A stretch of DNA of 64,000 bases from Desulfomicrobium sp. Its GTDB lineage: Bacteria > Desulfobacterota > Desulfovibrionia > Desulfovibrionales > Desulfomicrobiaceae. Below are positions 12,414 to 22,419 of this stretch, one piece after another (the first letter of the stretch is position 1; each line of letters begins with the position of its first letter). A program made the position numbers and the translations under genes. A model generated the notes under the pieces. That model was not told where the DNA came from and made no database searches. It worked only from the letters and a program-made list of their open reading frames with translations. The stretch spans positions 1,152,001 to 1,216,000 of the forward strand of contig JAXGMI010000001.1 of the NCBI GenBank assembly GCA_040768745.1. The letters run 5' to 3'.

Positions 12414-12441
12414 GAAAACCCCGGTGCGAGCCGGGGTTTTC
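12414..12441 (+). terminator. Intrinsic terminator of secA (possibly bidirectional)
   Basis: GAAAACCCCGG-tgcgag-CCGGGGTTTTC. Confidence 0.8.
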
Positions 12442-12508
12442 GTTTGCGGAGGGGAGGAGTCATCCGGCGGGCGGGACGCATCCCGCGGGGGCCTGAGCGA
12501 AAGAGAAG

Positions 12509-12536
12509 ATGGATTCCCGCGCAGGCGGGAATCCAT
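12509..12536. repeat. REP-like palindrome (ATTCCC-N8-GGGAAT core)
   Basis: ATGGATTCCCGC-gcag-GCGGGAATCCAT, perfect 12-bp inverted repeat. Confidence 0.6.
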
Positions 12537-12570
12537 GCCTTTTCAGTGCCAGTCCGCATGCACGGGGCCT

Positions 12571-12608
12571 AAAAGAAAGCGCGGGCCGGGGAGTGATCCC
12601 CGGCCCGC
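12571..12608 (-). terminator. Intrinsic terminator of the betaine ABC operon
   Basis: GCGGGCCGGGGA-gtga-TCCCCGGCCCGC preceded by AAAAGAAA (U-rich tail on - strand). Confidence 0.75.
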
Positions 12609-12637
12609 TGCACGTTGTCCTGTATTTCATCCCGCCG

Positions 12638-13477
12638 CTACTTGCCCATCCAACCCTTCACGGTGTCCGGATGTTCCGTCAGGAAACGCTGGGCGTTTTC
12701 TTCGGGGGTGCCGCCGGCCTGGTTCCAGGCCATGACGGTCTGCAGCTGAGCCGGGGAGTCCCACTTGAAGTTGGCGAAGAAGGCGTGCACCTCGGGCATG
12801 TCCTCCTTCAGGCCCTTGCGCACGATGGCCTCGATCTTTTCCTCGGCGCCCAGCACGCCCTTGGGGTCCTTGAGGTACTTGAGATCCCACTTGCCGAACA
12901 TCCAGTGCGGGGACCAGGCGGTGACGACGAGCCATTTCTTGTTCTTGATGGCGGTGTCCAGGGCCGCGGTCATGGTCGCGCCGCTGCCTTCCATCAGTTC
13001 GAGCTTGTTCAGGCCGTAGTCGGCCATGGCCTGCTCGGACAGCTTCATGAGGCCCGCGCCAGGGTCGATGCCGATGATCTTGCCGTCGAACTTGCCGGCG
13101 TTGGCATTGAGTTCCTCGATGGAGTCGATTGTCACGTACGCGGGCACGGCCCAGCCGAGCTTGGCTCCGCCCGAGACCACGGACACCTTTTCGACCTTGT
13201 CCTTGACCTTCTCATAGTAGTCGGCGTGGGTCACGGGCAGCCAGGCCGTGACCATGGCGTCCACGTCGCCCGTGCCCAGGGCCTGCCACATGGCGGCCGC
13301 GGCCACGGGCAGGGTCTCGACTTCATATCCCATCCGCTCCAGGGCGGCCTTGGCCGTCATGGTGCTGGCCGTGGCGCAGTCCCACTCGACGTAGGCGATG
13401 CGGACCTTGCCCTTGGCGGCCATGGAAGGCGCGGCCAGGAATATAAGACATATCAGGGTCAGCAGGGTTTTCTTCAT
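12638..13477 (-). CDS. proX: Glycine betaine/proline ABC transporter substrate-binding protein
   Basis: Signal peptide; AWLPVTH, GIDPGAG, WSPHWMF (OpuAC-type Trp cage). Confidence 0.92.
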   Translation of the reverse strand: MKKTLLTLICLIFLAAPSMAAKGKVRIAYVEWDCATASTMTAKAALERMGYEVETLPVAAAAMWQALGTGDVDAMVTAWLPVTHADYYEKVKDKVEKVSVVSGGAKLGWAVPAYVTIDSIEELNANAGKFDGKIIGIDPGAGLMKLSEQAMADYGLNKLELMEGSGATMTAALDTAIKNKKWLVVTAWSPHWMFGKWDLKYLKDPKGVLGAEEKIEAIVRKGLKEDMPEVHAFFANFKWDSPAQLQTVMAWNQAGGTPEENAQRFLTEHPDTVKGWMGK

Positions 13478-13496
13478 GCGGTACTCCTTGTTGGTT

Positions 13497-14333
13497 TTAT
13501 TTGTCTCTGCGGGTGCCCAGTTTCTGCAGCACCCGGTCCAGGATCATGGCCACGATGACGATGGCGATGCCCGCCTCGAAGCCGCGGCCCATCTGCAACC
13601 GCTGGATGGCCTTCCAGACTTCGCCGCCAAGGCCCTTGGCGCCGATCATGGACGCGATGACGACCATGGACAGGGCCAGCATGACAGTCTGGTTGACGCC
13701 GGCCATGATTGTCGGCGCGGCCAGGGGCAGGTCCAGCTTCATGAGGCGTTGCACGCGCGTCGCGCCGAAGGCCGTGGAACATTCCACGAGGTCCGCCGGG
13801 ATCTGGCGGATGCCCAGGCAGGTGAAGCGGATGGCCGGCGGCATGGAAAAGACGACCGTCGAGAAGATGGCCGCGGTCTTGCCCAGGCCGAAGAAAGGGA
13901 TGGCCGGGATGAGGTAGACGAAGGCCGGCATGGTCTGCATCACGTCGAGTACGGGCATGACCGCCTGGTACATGCGCGTGTTGATGGCCGAGAGTATGCC
14001 CAGCGGCACGCCGAGGGCGATGGCGCACAGGGTCGAGACCAGGACCAGGGCCAGGGTGCTGACCGTGGCCGCCCACAGCCCCATGTTCCAGATCAGGGCC
14101 AGGCCCAGGACGCTGCCCAGGGTCAGCCTGCGGTCCCGGGTCAGGAGCCACACGCTGGCCGCCGCCAGCACGATGAAGACTGGGATGGGGACCAGCAGCA
14201 GGCCGCTTTCCATGGCCCCGAGGACCGTCTCGACCACATCGGCGCTGGCCTTGGTGATGAAGGACAGGTGTTCGACCAGAAAGTCGATGCCGGATTCAAT
14301 GGTCTCGCCCACAGGCAGTCTGAAGTCGTTCAC
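13497..14333 (-). CDS. proW: Glycine betaine ABC transporter permease
   Basis: PVLDVMQTMPAFVYLIP, GVNQTVMLALSMVVIASMIGA. Confidence 0.94.
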   Translation of the reverse strand: MNDFRLPVGETIESGIDFLVEHLSFITKASADVVETVLGAMESGLLLVPIPVFIVLAAASVWLLTRDRRLTLGSVLGLALIWNMGLWAATVSTLALVLVSTLCAIALGVPLGILSAINTRMYQAVMPVLDVMQTMPAFVYLIPAIPFFGLGKTAAIFSTVVFSMPPAIRFTCLGIRQIPADLVECSTAFGATRVQRLMKLDLPLAAPTIMAGVNQTVMLALSMVVIASMIGAKGLGGEVWKAIQRLQMGRGFEAGIAIVIVAMILDRVLQKLGTRRDK

Positions 14334-15523
14334 GCGGCACCTCCCCGTTCGGCCAGGGCCGCGACCAGCGTGCCGCGTACGATGACCCCCTTGAACTTGT
14401 TGCTCTCGTCGACCACGGCCAGGGGGTAGGGAAGGTCGGCCATGATGCCGAAGAGATCCTGGGCCGGGGTGTCCGGGGCAACGGTCTTGATCTCGGTGCA
14501 GATGGCCTCGGCCAGCTTCTCCTCGCCCCTGCCGGCCAGGTTCGCGGCCGCGTCGGCGGACACGATGCCGACCAGCCGATGGTTGTGGTCGACCACGAAG
14601 AGGTGGGCGATGTTGTGCTTGCGCATCTTGCGCAGGGCCGCGCGCGGCCCGTCGGTGCGCAGGTCGGCCACGGCCTCGCTGCGTTTCATGACGGATTCGG
14701 CCGTCAGGATCTTTGTGATGTCCACGTCCTCCACGAAGCGGGCAACGTAGTCGTTGGCCGGGGAGGTCAGGATCTGCTCGGGAGTGCCGATCTGCACGAT
14801 GGCTCCGTCCTTCATGAGGATGATGCGGTCGCCGAGCTTGAGGGCCTCGTCCAGGTCGTGGGAGATGAAGACGATGGTCTTGCGCATCTTCTCCTGCAGG
14901 TTGATGAGTTCGTCCTGCATGTCGCGGCGGATGAGGGGGTCAAGGGCGCTGAAGGCCTCGTCCATGAGCAGGATGTCCGGCGACAGCGCCAGGGCGCGGG
15001 CCAGGCCCACGCGTTGCTGCATGCCGCCTGAGAGCTGGCGCGGGTAGGACTCGCCCCAACCGTCCAGGCCGACCATGGACAGGGCCTCCTCGGCCTGCTG
15101 TAGGCGCTTGGCCTTGTCCATGCCTTGGATCTCCAGGCCGAGGGCCGCGTTCTCCTTCACCGTGCGGTGGGGGAACAGGGCGAAATTCTGAAAGACCATG
15201 CCCATCTTGCGTTGTCGGAGCTGTCGGAGTTCGGCGTCGTCCATGGCCGCGACGTCCCGGCCGTCGACGAGGATTCTGCCGGCCGTCGGCGTGATGAGGC
15301 GGTTCAGGCAGCGCACCAGCGTTGACTTGCCGCTGCCGGACAGGCCCATGACGACCACGATCTCGCCTTCGTGCACCTCGAATGTGGCGTTGTTCACGCC
15401 GACCCCGTGGCGGGTTTCGGCCATGATCTCGTCCTTGCTCCTGCCCTTGGAGAGCATCTGCAGCGCCTTCTTCGGGTTTGGGCCGAATATCTTGTACAAT
15501 CCTTCAACGTGTATTTTTGCCAT
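14330..15523 (-). CDS. proV: Glycine betaine ABC transporter ATPase with CBS domains
   Basis: GLSGSGKST, LSGGMQQRVGLARAL, DEAFSALDP, C-terminal CBS pair. Confidence 0.95.
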   Translation of the reverse strand: MAKIHVEGLYKIFGPNPKKALQMLSKGRSKDEIMAETRHGVGVNNATFEVHEGEIVVVMGLSGSGKSTLVRCLNRLITPTAGRILVDGRDVAAMDDAELRQLRQRKMGMVFQNFALFPHRTVKENAALGLEIQGMDKAKRLQQAEEALSMVGLDGWGESYPRQLSGGMQQRVGLARALALSPDILLMDEAFSALDPLIRRDMQDELINLQEKMRKTIVFISHDLDEALKLGDRIILMKDGAIVQIGTPEQILTSPANDYVARFVEDVDITKILTAESVMKRSEAVADLRTDGPRAALRKMRKHNIAHLFVVDHNHRLVGIVSADAAANLAGRGEEKLAEAICTEIKTVAPDTPAQDLFGIMADLPYPLAVVDESNKFKGVIVRGTLVAALAERGGAA

Positions 15524-15663
15524 TCAAGCTCCTTGGATGCGGGTTCGGGCCGTGCCGTTGCGAGGGGCCGGCCGTTTCGAGCATTGGGCAGAATAGCCGA
15601 TTCGGGCAGGGGGACAAGGGGAGGGGGCGGGGATGGATCGGGTATGCGAGCATACCCGATGAA

Positions 15664-16800
15664 TCAGAGGGGAGGATGCTGCTGCAGGAAGGCGGCCAGG
15701 GAGAGGGAGCCGCCCTTGAGGCCGAGTTTGCGGCGGATGTTCTTGCGGTGGGTCTGCAGGGTTTCGAAGGACATGCCGAGCTGTTCGGCGATGGCCCGGC
15801 CCTGCCAGCTCTGCTGGATCAGACGGCAGATGTCCGTTTCCCGGGGCGTGAGGCGGGCGAAGAGGGTGGCCGCGTCGGGGGGCGTCTCGACCATGTCCGC
15901 GATCTTTTCCTCCAGGGCCGAACGGTAGGCCTGCCGCACCAGGTGCGAGTCCTCCTGGACGATACGCTCAACCGTGGGCAGGACCTCTTCGCGGACCTGC
16001 TGCACGAGGCCGTCCTTGAGTTCCTGCCGCTCCTCCTCCACGTTGCGCAGGACCTGTTTCAGGGCCGTGTTCATGTCCGCGACCTGCATGCGGCTTCTGG
16101 CCAGGTCGCGCTCCAGGGCGATGCGCCGCCGCTGGTCGCCGAGCATGAACTGATAGAGGCGTATCGTTCCCACGCTGAGGCAGCGGATGGTCATCTTGAC
16201 GGGTGTTTCCTGCCCGTCCGGGCCGAGAGTGGCCAGCGAACCGCGCCAGAAGGCGCCGCTTTTCAGGGCCCGGGCCGTGGCCAGGACCCTTGCCTCGTCC
16301 AAGGGGCGCAGGATGCGCGGCAGACCAGAGCCGTCCAGACATTCGTCGCCGGCGGCGTACAGGACGTGCGCCTTGCGGTTGGCCGCCAGGATGCGGAAGG
16401 TGTCGTCCGTCAGCAGAATGGCGTCGCGGGCGTCGTTGAAGACCGCGTTGAACACGGCGTAATCAAGGGCCGATGCTGTCTGGGCAGTGTTGTCCACGGC
16501 CAGGGTCAGGGTCGCCAGGGTCACGACGGCAAGGAAGGCGCCGGCCGGGGCCAGGCGTGCGGGGATGGGCATGAGGCGCAGGATGAGGGGCTCCCCGCGC
16601 GGGCCACTCAGGCTGTGGCCCGCGTCGGCAGGAAAGCGGGCCGTCATGGCCCCCATGCCTGCCGCGTCGATGCCGAGCGCGTTCCACAGGGGCGTGCCCG
16701 CCGGGATGTCCCATTCGGGTGTTTCCTCGGCGCGTGCTTCGGTGATCCTGCCCGCGGCGTCGCAAAAAAAGAGCACCGTCGGCATCGGCGAATCCTCCAT
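15664..16800 (-). CDS. PAS-domain LuxR-family transcriptional regulator (start uncertain)
   Basis: PAS-like FNDARDAILLTD...ANRKA; C-terminal LTPRETDIC...IAEQLGMSFETLQTHRKNIRRKLG. Confidence 0.85.
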   Translation of the reverse strand: MEDSPMPTVLFFCDAAGRITEARAEETPEWDIPAGTPLWNALGIDAAGMGAMTARFPADAGHSLSGPRGEPLILRLMPIPARLAPAGAFLAVVTLATLTLAVDNTAQTASALDYAVFNAVFNDARDAILLTDDTFRILAANRKAHVLYAAGDECLDGSGLPRILRPLDEARVLATARALKSGAFWRGSLATLGPDGQETPVKMTIRCLSVGTIRLYQFMLGDQRRRIALERDLARSRMQVADMNTALKQVLRNVEEERQELKDGLVQQVREEVLPTVERIVQEDSHLVRQAYRSALEEKIADMVETPPDAATLFARLTPRETDICRLIQQSWQGRAIAEQLGMSFETLQTHRKNIRRKLGLKGGSLSLAAFLQQHPPL

Positions 16801-16953
16801 GGCGTGTTTCCTTGAGCCGGCTGGCGGGGCACAGGCCCTCATCGTGCAGGCTAAGCCATGGCGGACCAAAATACAACCGCCCCGGATCAAAGGTCGGGAG
16901 CGGACGTGGCCGCGCGCCGTTTGCCACGCGGAAAGACGGAACGGGAACGCCGC

Positions 16954-18327
16954 TCAGAGCTTCAGGGAGCCTTCGGCCTGCGTTCCGACATGCGTCAGTC
17001 GGTACTCCTCGAGTTTTCGGTACAGGGTCTTGCGGCCGATGCCCAGGATCTGGGCCGCCCGGGATTTGTTGCCCTGAACTGCGTGCATGACCATGCTGAT
17101 GTGTGAGCGCTCCAGTTCCTCCAGGGTGGAGAAGCTCGCATCCCGGGAGGTCTGGGAGCTTTTCTGGAAGAAGGGCAGGGCGTTGACGTTGATAATGTTG
17201 TTTTCAGCCAGGATCATGCCGCGCTCAATGATGTTCTTCAACTCACGCACGTTGCCCGGCCAGGGGTTGTCCATGAGCTGCTGCATGGCCCGGGGTGAAA
17301 TTTTATACTCCCGTCCGTCCTTGGCCAGGGACATGAGAAAGTATTCGACCAGGGCGGGGATGTCCTCACGACGTTCGCGAAGCGGGGGAAGCTCGATGTT
17401 GAAAACATTGATGCGGTGGTAGAAGGCGTCATGGAATCGGCCCTCCTCCACCTCCTTGGCCAGGTTCCTGTTGGTGGCGAAGATGAAGCGCACATCCACG
17501 CAGCGCTCCTCCTTGTCCCCTACCCGTCGGAAATGCTGGGTTTCGAGGAGGCGCAGGAGCGCTCCCTGCAGATCCAGGGTCAGTTCCCCCACCTCGTCGA
17601 AAAAGAGAGTCCCTTTGTGGGCCAGGGCCAGCAGTCCGTCGGTGCTGCGGTCTGCCCCCGTGAAGGCGCCCTTGCAGTAGCCGAACAGTTCGCTGCGCAG
17701 GAGTTCCTTGTCGAACGTGCCGCAGTTCTTGATGATGAGGGGCTGGCCTGCGCGTCTGCTCTTGGCATGCAAGGCCGCGGCGGCCACATTCTTGCCTGTC
17801 CCCGATTCACCCGTGAGCAGAACCGGGACATCCGTGGGTGCAGCTTTTTCGATCAGGAAGCGGACATGCTGTACGGATTGGGAATGGCCGATGAATTTTG
17901 GCGTGGGTTTGTGGTCTGTTTGGCGCAGGAGCTCGTTCTCCCGCTGCAGACGGACGCGCTGGTAGGCCTTCTCGATGACCAGTTCGATGCGTTCCAGGGA
18001 AAAGGGCTTGGTGATGTAGTCGTAAGCCCCGTTCTTCATGGCCTCCACGGCGTTGTCCACGTCGGCGTAGCCGGTGATGAGAATGATGGCCACATTGGGA
18101 ACGGTTTCCAGGAACCTGGTCATCAGTTCCAGGCCATTGGCGTCGGGCAGGTGGATGTCCAGGATGATGATGTCGCAGAAATGCTTGCGCAGATGTTCGA
18201 AGGCCTCGGCTGCACTACCCACCGTATGGATGTTCCGGCCGGGAGAGGCCAGTTCCCGGGAGAATAGCTTGCGTATATTGGACTCGTCGTCAACGACGAG
18301 AATTTCGATGGAATTGAAAATACTCAT
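16954..18327 (-). CDS. Sigma54-dependent response regulator (NtrC family)
   Basis: REC (VVDDE, LDIHLP), GESGTGK, GAFTGA, WPGNVREL, Fis-type HTH. Confidence 0.95.
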   Translation of the reverse strand: MSIFNSIEILVVDDESNIRKLFSRELASPGRNIHTVGSAAEAFEHLRKHFCDIIILDIHLPDANGLELMTRFLETVPNVAIILITGYADVDNAVEAMKNGAYDYITKPFSLERIELVIEKAYQRVRLQRENELLRQTDHKPTPKFIGHSQSVQHVRFLIEKAAPTDVPVLLTGESGTGKNVAAAALHAKSRRAGQPLIIKNCGTFDKELLRSELFGYCKGAFTGADRSTDGLLALAHKGTLFFDEVGELTLDLQGALLRLLETQHFRRVGDKEERCVDVRFIFATNRNLAKEVEEGRFHDAFYHRINVFNIELPPLRERREDIPALVEYFLMSLAKDGREYKISPRAMQQLMDNPWPGNVRELKNIIERGMILAENNIINVNALPFFQKSSQTSRDASFSTLEELERSHISMVMHAVQGNKSRAAQILGIGRKTLYRKLEEYRLTHVGTQAEGSLKL

Positions 18328-19550
18328 GTTTCGTGACCTTGTGTTTTTCCGTGGAGGTCCATGGGAAGCATGACCCGGAAAATGGATCCTTTGCCCACTT
18401 CACTGCAGACGTGAATCTCTCCGTCATGGTTTTTGATGATGTTGTAGCAGATGGACAGACCGATGCCGATACTGTGCCCCTTGGTTTTGGTGGTGAAGAA
18501 GGGGATGAACAGCTTGTTCAGGTTTGCCGGGGGAATGCCCTGCCCTGTGTCCTCCACAATCAGGGCGGCGTGGTCCCCGTTATCCAGGCAGGTGCGGATG
18601 GTGATGGTGCCCTGGCTGTCCATGGCGTCCATGGCGTTCAGCACCAGATTGAGCAGAACCTGCTTGAGTTCTCCCTGGGCCCTCTGAATTTTGACGGGTT
18701 CGGGGTGGAGTTCCTGGACCAGGGCGATGCCTGGATGTTGTTTGATCTGGTGATGCAGGATCTTGAGGGAGTCCGTCACCAGGGAGTTGAGATCCATTTG
18801 GCTGAATTTACATGATTTCTGGCTGCTGAAGGAAAGCAGATTGCTAACGATGTCCCGACAACGGTTGCATTCTTCCACAATGATGCTGGTGTACTCCTCG
18901 AAATCCTGGAGAATGGCGGCGTCAGTTCCATTCCCGATGAGGGTGGCAAGAAGGGGGATGCGTCGTTTGAGGGCTTCTGAAAACCCGCTGATGGCTGCCA
19001 GGGGGTTGTTGATTTCATGGGCCACCCCTGCAGACAAAAGTCCGATGGTGGCCATCTTTTCAGCCTGATAGTACTTGGCCTGATACTCTTTTTCGAGCGT
19101 AACGTCCCGTTTGGACACAAGCACGGTGCGGACCCTCCCCTTGTCGTCGAACATGGGTGAGGCGACCATTTCGAAATGGGTGGTGCGGTCGTTGCGGGGA
19201 TCAATATAGGATGTGCGTTCCGGTTTGCCGGTCTTCAGGGCCATGCGCAAGGGACATTCGGGGCAGGGCTCGTCCCGGCCGCGAAACACATCGTAGCAGT
19301 AAAGGCCCTGAGGGCGGACAATGTCAAAATAATCGTGAAAGACCTTGTTCACATAGATGATGTGGTAATCAGGTGAGATGACCGCCAGCACGTCCATGAT
19401 TCCGTTCAGGATGTCCTGGATTTCCTGCTTTTTCTCTTCCAGCTCGATGTTGTAGGTACGCAACTCGGCCATCTTTTCCTGCACTTCGCGGAAAAAGCCG
19501 AGTTTGGTGTAATCCGAACCGATGATGTCGCGCAGGTTCGTCTTGGCCAT
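18324..19550 (-). CDS. Cytoplasmic PAS sensor histidine kinase
   Basis: AHEINNPL H-box, N/G boxes, Cys-bearing PAS (CYDVF...PCPECP); no transmembrane segment seen. Confidence 0.93.
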   Translation of the reverse strand: MAKTNLRDIIGSDYTKLGFFREVQEKMAELRTYNIELEEKKQEIQDILNGIMDVLAVISPDYHIIYVNKVFHDYFDIVRPQGLYCYDVFRGRDEPCPECPLRMALKTGKPERTSYIDPRNDRTTHFEMVASPMFDDKGRVRTVLVSKRDVTLEKEYQAKYYQAEKMATIGLLSAGVAHEINNPLAAISGFSEALKRRIPLLATLIGNGTDAAILQDFEEYTSIIVEECNRCRDIVSNLLSFSSQKSCKFSQMDLNSLVTDSLKILHHQIKQHPGIALVQELHPEPVKIQRAQGELKQVLLNLVLNAMDAMDSQGTITIRTCLDNGDHAALIVEDTGQGIPPANLNKLFIPFFTTKTKGHSIGIGLSICYNIIKNHDGEIHVCSEVGKGSIFRVMLPMDLHGKTQGHET

Positions 19551-20692
19551 TACCAGACCTTTTGACAGATGGAGAGCAGTTCCGTGGCCGTGGCCGGGCG
19601 CGGATTGGTCAGCAGGCATGCGTCCCTGGTGGCCATTTCGCAAATCTGGGGAAAAGCTGTCTCGTCGTTCACGATTTCCCGGAAGCGGGTGGCAGTGCCC
19701 AGCTCCACGAAAATTTCCCTGAGCCGTTCGATCCCGCCTTGGGCAGTCTGGGCTGTCGAGGAAAGTTTCCGGCCAAGGACGATTTCGCCGATATTGGCCA
19801 TTTTTGTTTCACAGGCCGGAAGGTTGTAGCTCATGACTTCCGGGAGCAGAACAGGGTGGACCATGCCGTGGGTGGTGTCGAAAAACCCGCCCAGGGAGTG
19901 GGCGATAGCGTGGCACGCGCCCAGGCTGGCGTTGCTGAAACTCATGCCTGCGGCTGTGGCCGCGATGGACAGGTTCTCCATGGCCAGAGGGTCTCTGGTT
20001 TTCAGGGCCGGGTTGATGTTTTCCAAAATGAGGAGGATGGCCTTCATGGCCTGGGTTTCGGTCAGGGTGTGAGCGATGGTGGACACGTAGGATTCCACGG
20101 CGTGAGCCAGGGCGTCCACTGCCGAGGAGACGATGAGGTCGTCGTCAGCCGTGGACAGCATGTCCGGATCGATGATGGATACGTTGGGAGTCAGGGAACG
20201 GCTGATGAGGGACATTTTGACCCTGCGGCCGACGTCAGTGATGATTGCGAATTGGGAAATGTCCGAACCGCTTCCGGCTGTTGAGGGCAGAAAGATCATG
20301 GGAGGAAGCGGACTGGTGATGAGGTTGGCCCCTTCGTAGTCCTGGATGATGCCGCCGTTGCTGACCACGGTGGCCACGCCTTTGGCCATGTCCATGGGGC
20401 TGCCGCCGCCCAGGGCGATGACCACGTCCGCATGCTCTTTCCTGTAGAGATCTGCCCCCTGGTGGACTTCGTAGTCACGCGGATTGGCGCTGACATTGGC
20501 GTAATAGACCCACCGCAATGCAGAGTCTTCAATTATTTCAATGAGTTTACTGACCCATCCGGAGCGCTCCAGGCCAGGATCGCTGACCACGAAGACCTTT
20601 TTTGCCCCAAGTTGCAGGGCATAGGAGCCGGTATAGTGCATGCTGCCACGTCCAAAAATGATTTCGGGCAGCGAGAATTTACGGATATCCAT
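19550..20692 (-). CDS. Iron-containing alcohol dehydrogenase-like protein, ErcA-like (probable regulatory role)
   Basis: GGGSPMD, DALAHAVE, HAIAH...HG; stop codon overlaps start of the kinase. Confidence 0.85.
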   Translation of the reverse strand: MDIRKFSLPEIIFGRGSMHYTGSYALQLGAKKVFVVSDPGLERSGWVSKLIEIIEDSALRWVYYANVSANPRDYEVHQGADLYRKEHADVVIALGGGSPMDMAKGVATVVSNGGIIQDYEGANLITSPLPPMIFLPSTAGSGSDISQFAIITDVGRRVKMSLISRSLTPNVSIIDPDMLSTADDDLIVSSAVDALAHAVESYVSTIAHTLTETQAMKAILLILENINPALKTRDPLAMENLSIAATAAGMSFSNASLGACHAIAHSLGGFFDTTHGMVHPVLLPEVMSYNLPACETKMANIGEIVLGRKLSSTAQTAQGGIERLREIFVELGTATRFREIVNDETAFPQICEMATRDACLLTNPRPATATELLSICQKVW

Positions 20693-20908
20693 GTTTCGTC
20701 CTGGTGTTGATGTTGTTCTTGGGACCCTGTCGGATTGGGACCGCCCATGCATGGGTTGCAAGAACATGACCGGATTCTCTTTTCGGGATTCGTGTGCGGA
20801 GATCGCGCTTTCGTCGTTCTCACCACTTGAAATATAAAGGAAAGAAACACGAAATCCGGGATTGAGGACAGCGGCATGGAATTTCATGTTTAGTCCGGAA
20901 GGGCATAA

Positions 20909-20959
20909 TGTATCCTTTTGTCCCAGGCATGGCCGAAAGTCCAGGATCAAAGTGATACA
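20909..20959. promoter_or_regulatory. Putative upstream activator sequence pair for the sigma54 activator
   Basis: TGTATCCTTTTGTCCC and inverted TGTATCACTTTGATCC, about 130-180 bp upstream of the -24 element. Confidence 0.5.
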
Positions 20960-21087
20960 GGGGCCCTCCCCGGCAGCATCGTCGGAAAATGCCAACAGGG
21001 GGCGCTGAAGGGCATATTCATAGCAGGTTCGTTTTGATTTCGATAGGATAAAATTAATTCTGGTTCGCCATCACCTCTTTTCTCATT

Positions 21088-21104
21088 CTGGCCTCATTCT
21101 TGCC
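21088..21104 (+). promoter_or_regulatory. Sigma54 (-24/-12) promoter of adh
   Basis: CTGGCCTCATTCTTGCC = GG-N10-GC with TGG and TTGC; cognate activator encoded divergently. Confidence 0.75.
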
Positions 21105-21170
21105 TTATGAAAATCACAAGAGTTCAGAGTCTGTTTTTCCAAGGCAACAATCTTTAGCGAGGTGCAAGTC

Positions 21171-22352
21171 ATGGCAGTTCAAGAAATGGTGTACGGATTT
21201 TTCATTCCCAGTGTGACCCTGATCGGTATTGGCGCTTCCAAGCAGATTCCTGAGAAAATCAAGGCGCTGGGCGGCAGCAAGCCCCTGGTCGTCACGGACA
21301 AGGGCATCACGGGTTGCGGGCTGACCAAACAGATCACCGACCTGCTCGACGCCGCCGGCATGAAGTACGAAGTCTATGACGAAACCATCCCGAATCCCAC
21401 GGACAACAACGTGCACGCCGGCGTTGAGGTCTACAAGAAGAAAAAATGCGATTCCCTGATCTCCCTGGGCGGCGGTTCCTCCCACGACTGCGGCAAGGGC
21501 ATCGGCTTGGTCGTCGCCAACGGCGGAAAGATTCATGACTTCGAAGGTGTGGACAAGTCCACCAAACCCATGCCCCCGTACCTGGCCGTGAACACCACCG
21601 CCGGCACGGCCTCGGAAATGACCCGTTTCTGCATCATCACCGACACTTCCCGCAAGGTGAAGATGGCCATCGTCGACTGGCGCGTCACTCCTGGCATTGC
21701 CATTGACGACCCGATGCTGATGGTCGGCATGCCCCCGGCGCTGACCGCGGCCACCGGCATGGACGCCCTGACCCACGCCGTGGAGGCCTACGTTTCCACC
21801 ATAGCCACTCCCATGACCGACGCCTGCGCCCAGAAGGCCATCGAACTGATCGCCAAGTACCTGCGCAAGGCCGTGGCCAACGGCAAGGACATCGAAGCCC
21901 GTGAAGGCATGTGCTTCGCGCAATACCTGGCCGGCATGGCCTTCAACAACGCCAGCCTCGGTCATGTGCATGCCATGGCGCACCAGTTGGGTGGCTTCTA
22001 CGACCTGCCCCACGGCGAATGCAACGCCATCCTGCTGCCCCATGTGGAGCGCGCCAACATGAACGCCAAGCTGGAGCGTTTCGTCGATATGGCCCGCTTC
22101 CTGGGCGAAAATGTGGACGGCCTGTCCATCCGAGCCGCTGCCGAGAAATGTCTTGACGCCATCAAGCAGCTGTCAACCGACGTCAGCATTCCTTCCGGCC
22201 TGATCGAGCTGGGCAAGCGCTATGGCAAGAACGTGAAGAAGGAAGACATCGCCATCATGACCGGCAACGCCCAGAAGGACGCTTGCGGTTTGACCAACCC
22301 CCGCTGCCTGAAGGACGCCGACGTAGTGGCCATTTACGAAGCTGCTCTGTAA
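21171..22352 (+). CDS. adh: Iron-containing alcohol dehydrogenase
   Basis: GGGSSHDCGK, NTTAGTASE, DALTHAVE, HAMAHQLGGFYDLPHG; codon usage looks highly expressed. Confidence 0.95.
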   Translation: MAVQEMVYGFFIPSVTLIGIGASKQIPEKIKALGGSKPLVVTDKGITGCGLTKQITDLLDAAGMKYEVYDETIPNPTDNNVHAGVEVYKKKKCDSLISLGGGSSHDCGKGIGLVVANGGKIHDFEGVDKSTKPMPPYLAVNTTAGTASEMTRFCIITDTSRKVKMAIVDWRVTPGIAIDDPMLMVGMPPALTAATGMDALTHAVEAYVSTIATPMTDACAQKAIELIAKYLRKAVANGKDIEAREGMCFAQYLAGMAFNNASLGHVHAMAHQLGGFYDLPHGECNAILLPHVERANMNAKLERFVDMARFLGENVDGLSIRAAAEKCLDAIKQLSTDVSIPSGLIELGKRYGKNVKKEDIAIMTGNAQKDACGLTNPRCLKDADVVAIYEAAL

Positions 22353-22419
22353 TGGCGGTGGCGCACCGGGCGATTCCGGCGCGTATAACCTGCGGCTCGC
22401 ACGAAACGAGGATGCCTGT

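Noticed and set aside
20693..20995. N-terminal extension of the ErcA-like ORF (similar extensions for aor, rpsP, secA and the 36248-38071 ORF)
   Set aside because: Homology and RBS position support the downstream ATGs; the extensions cover promoter DNA
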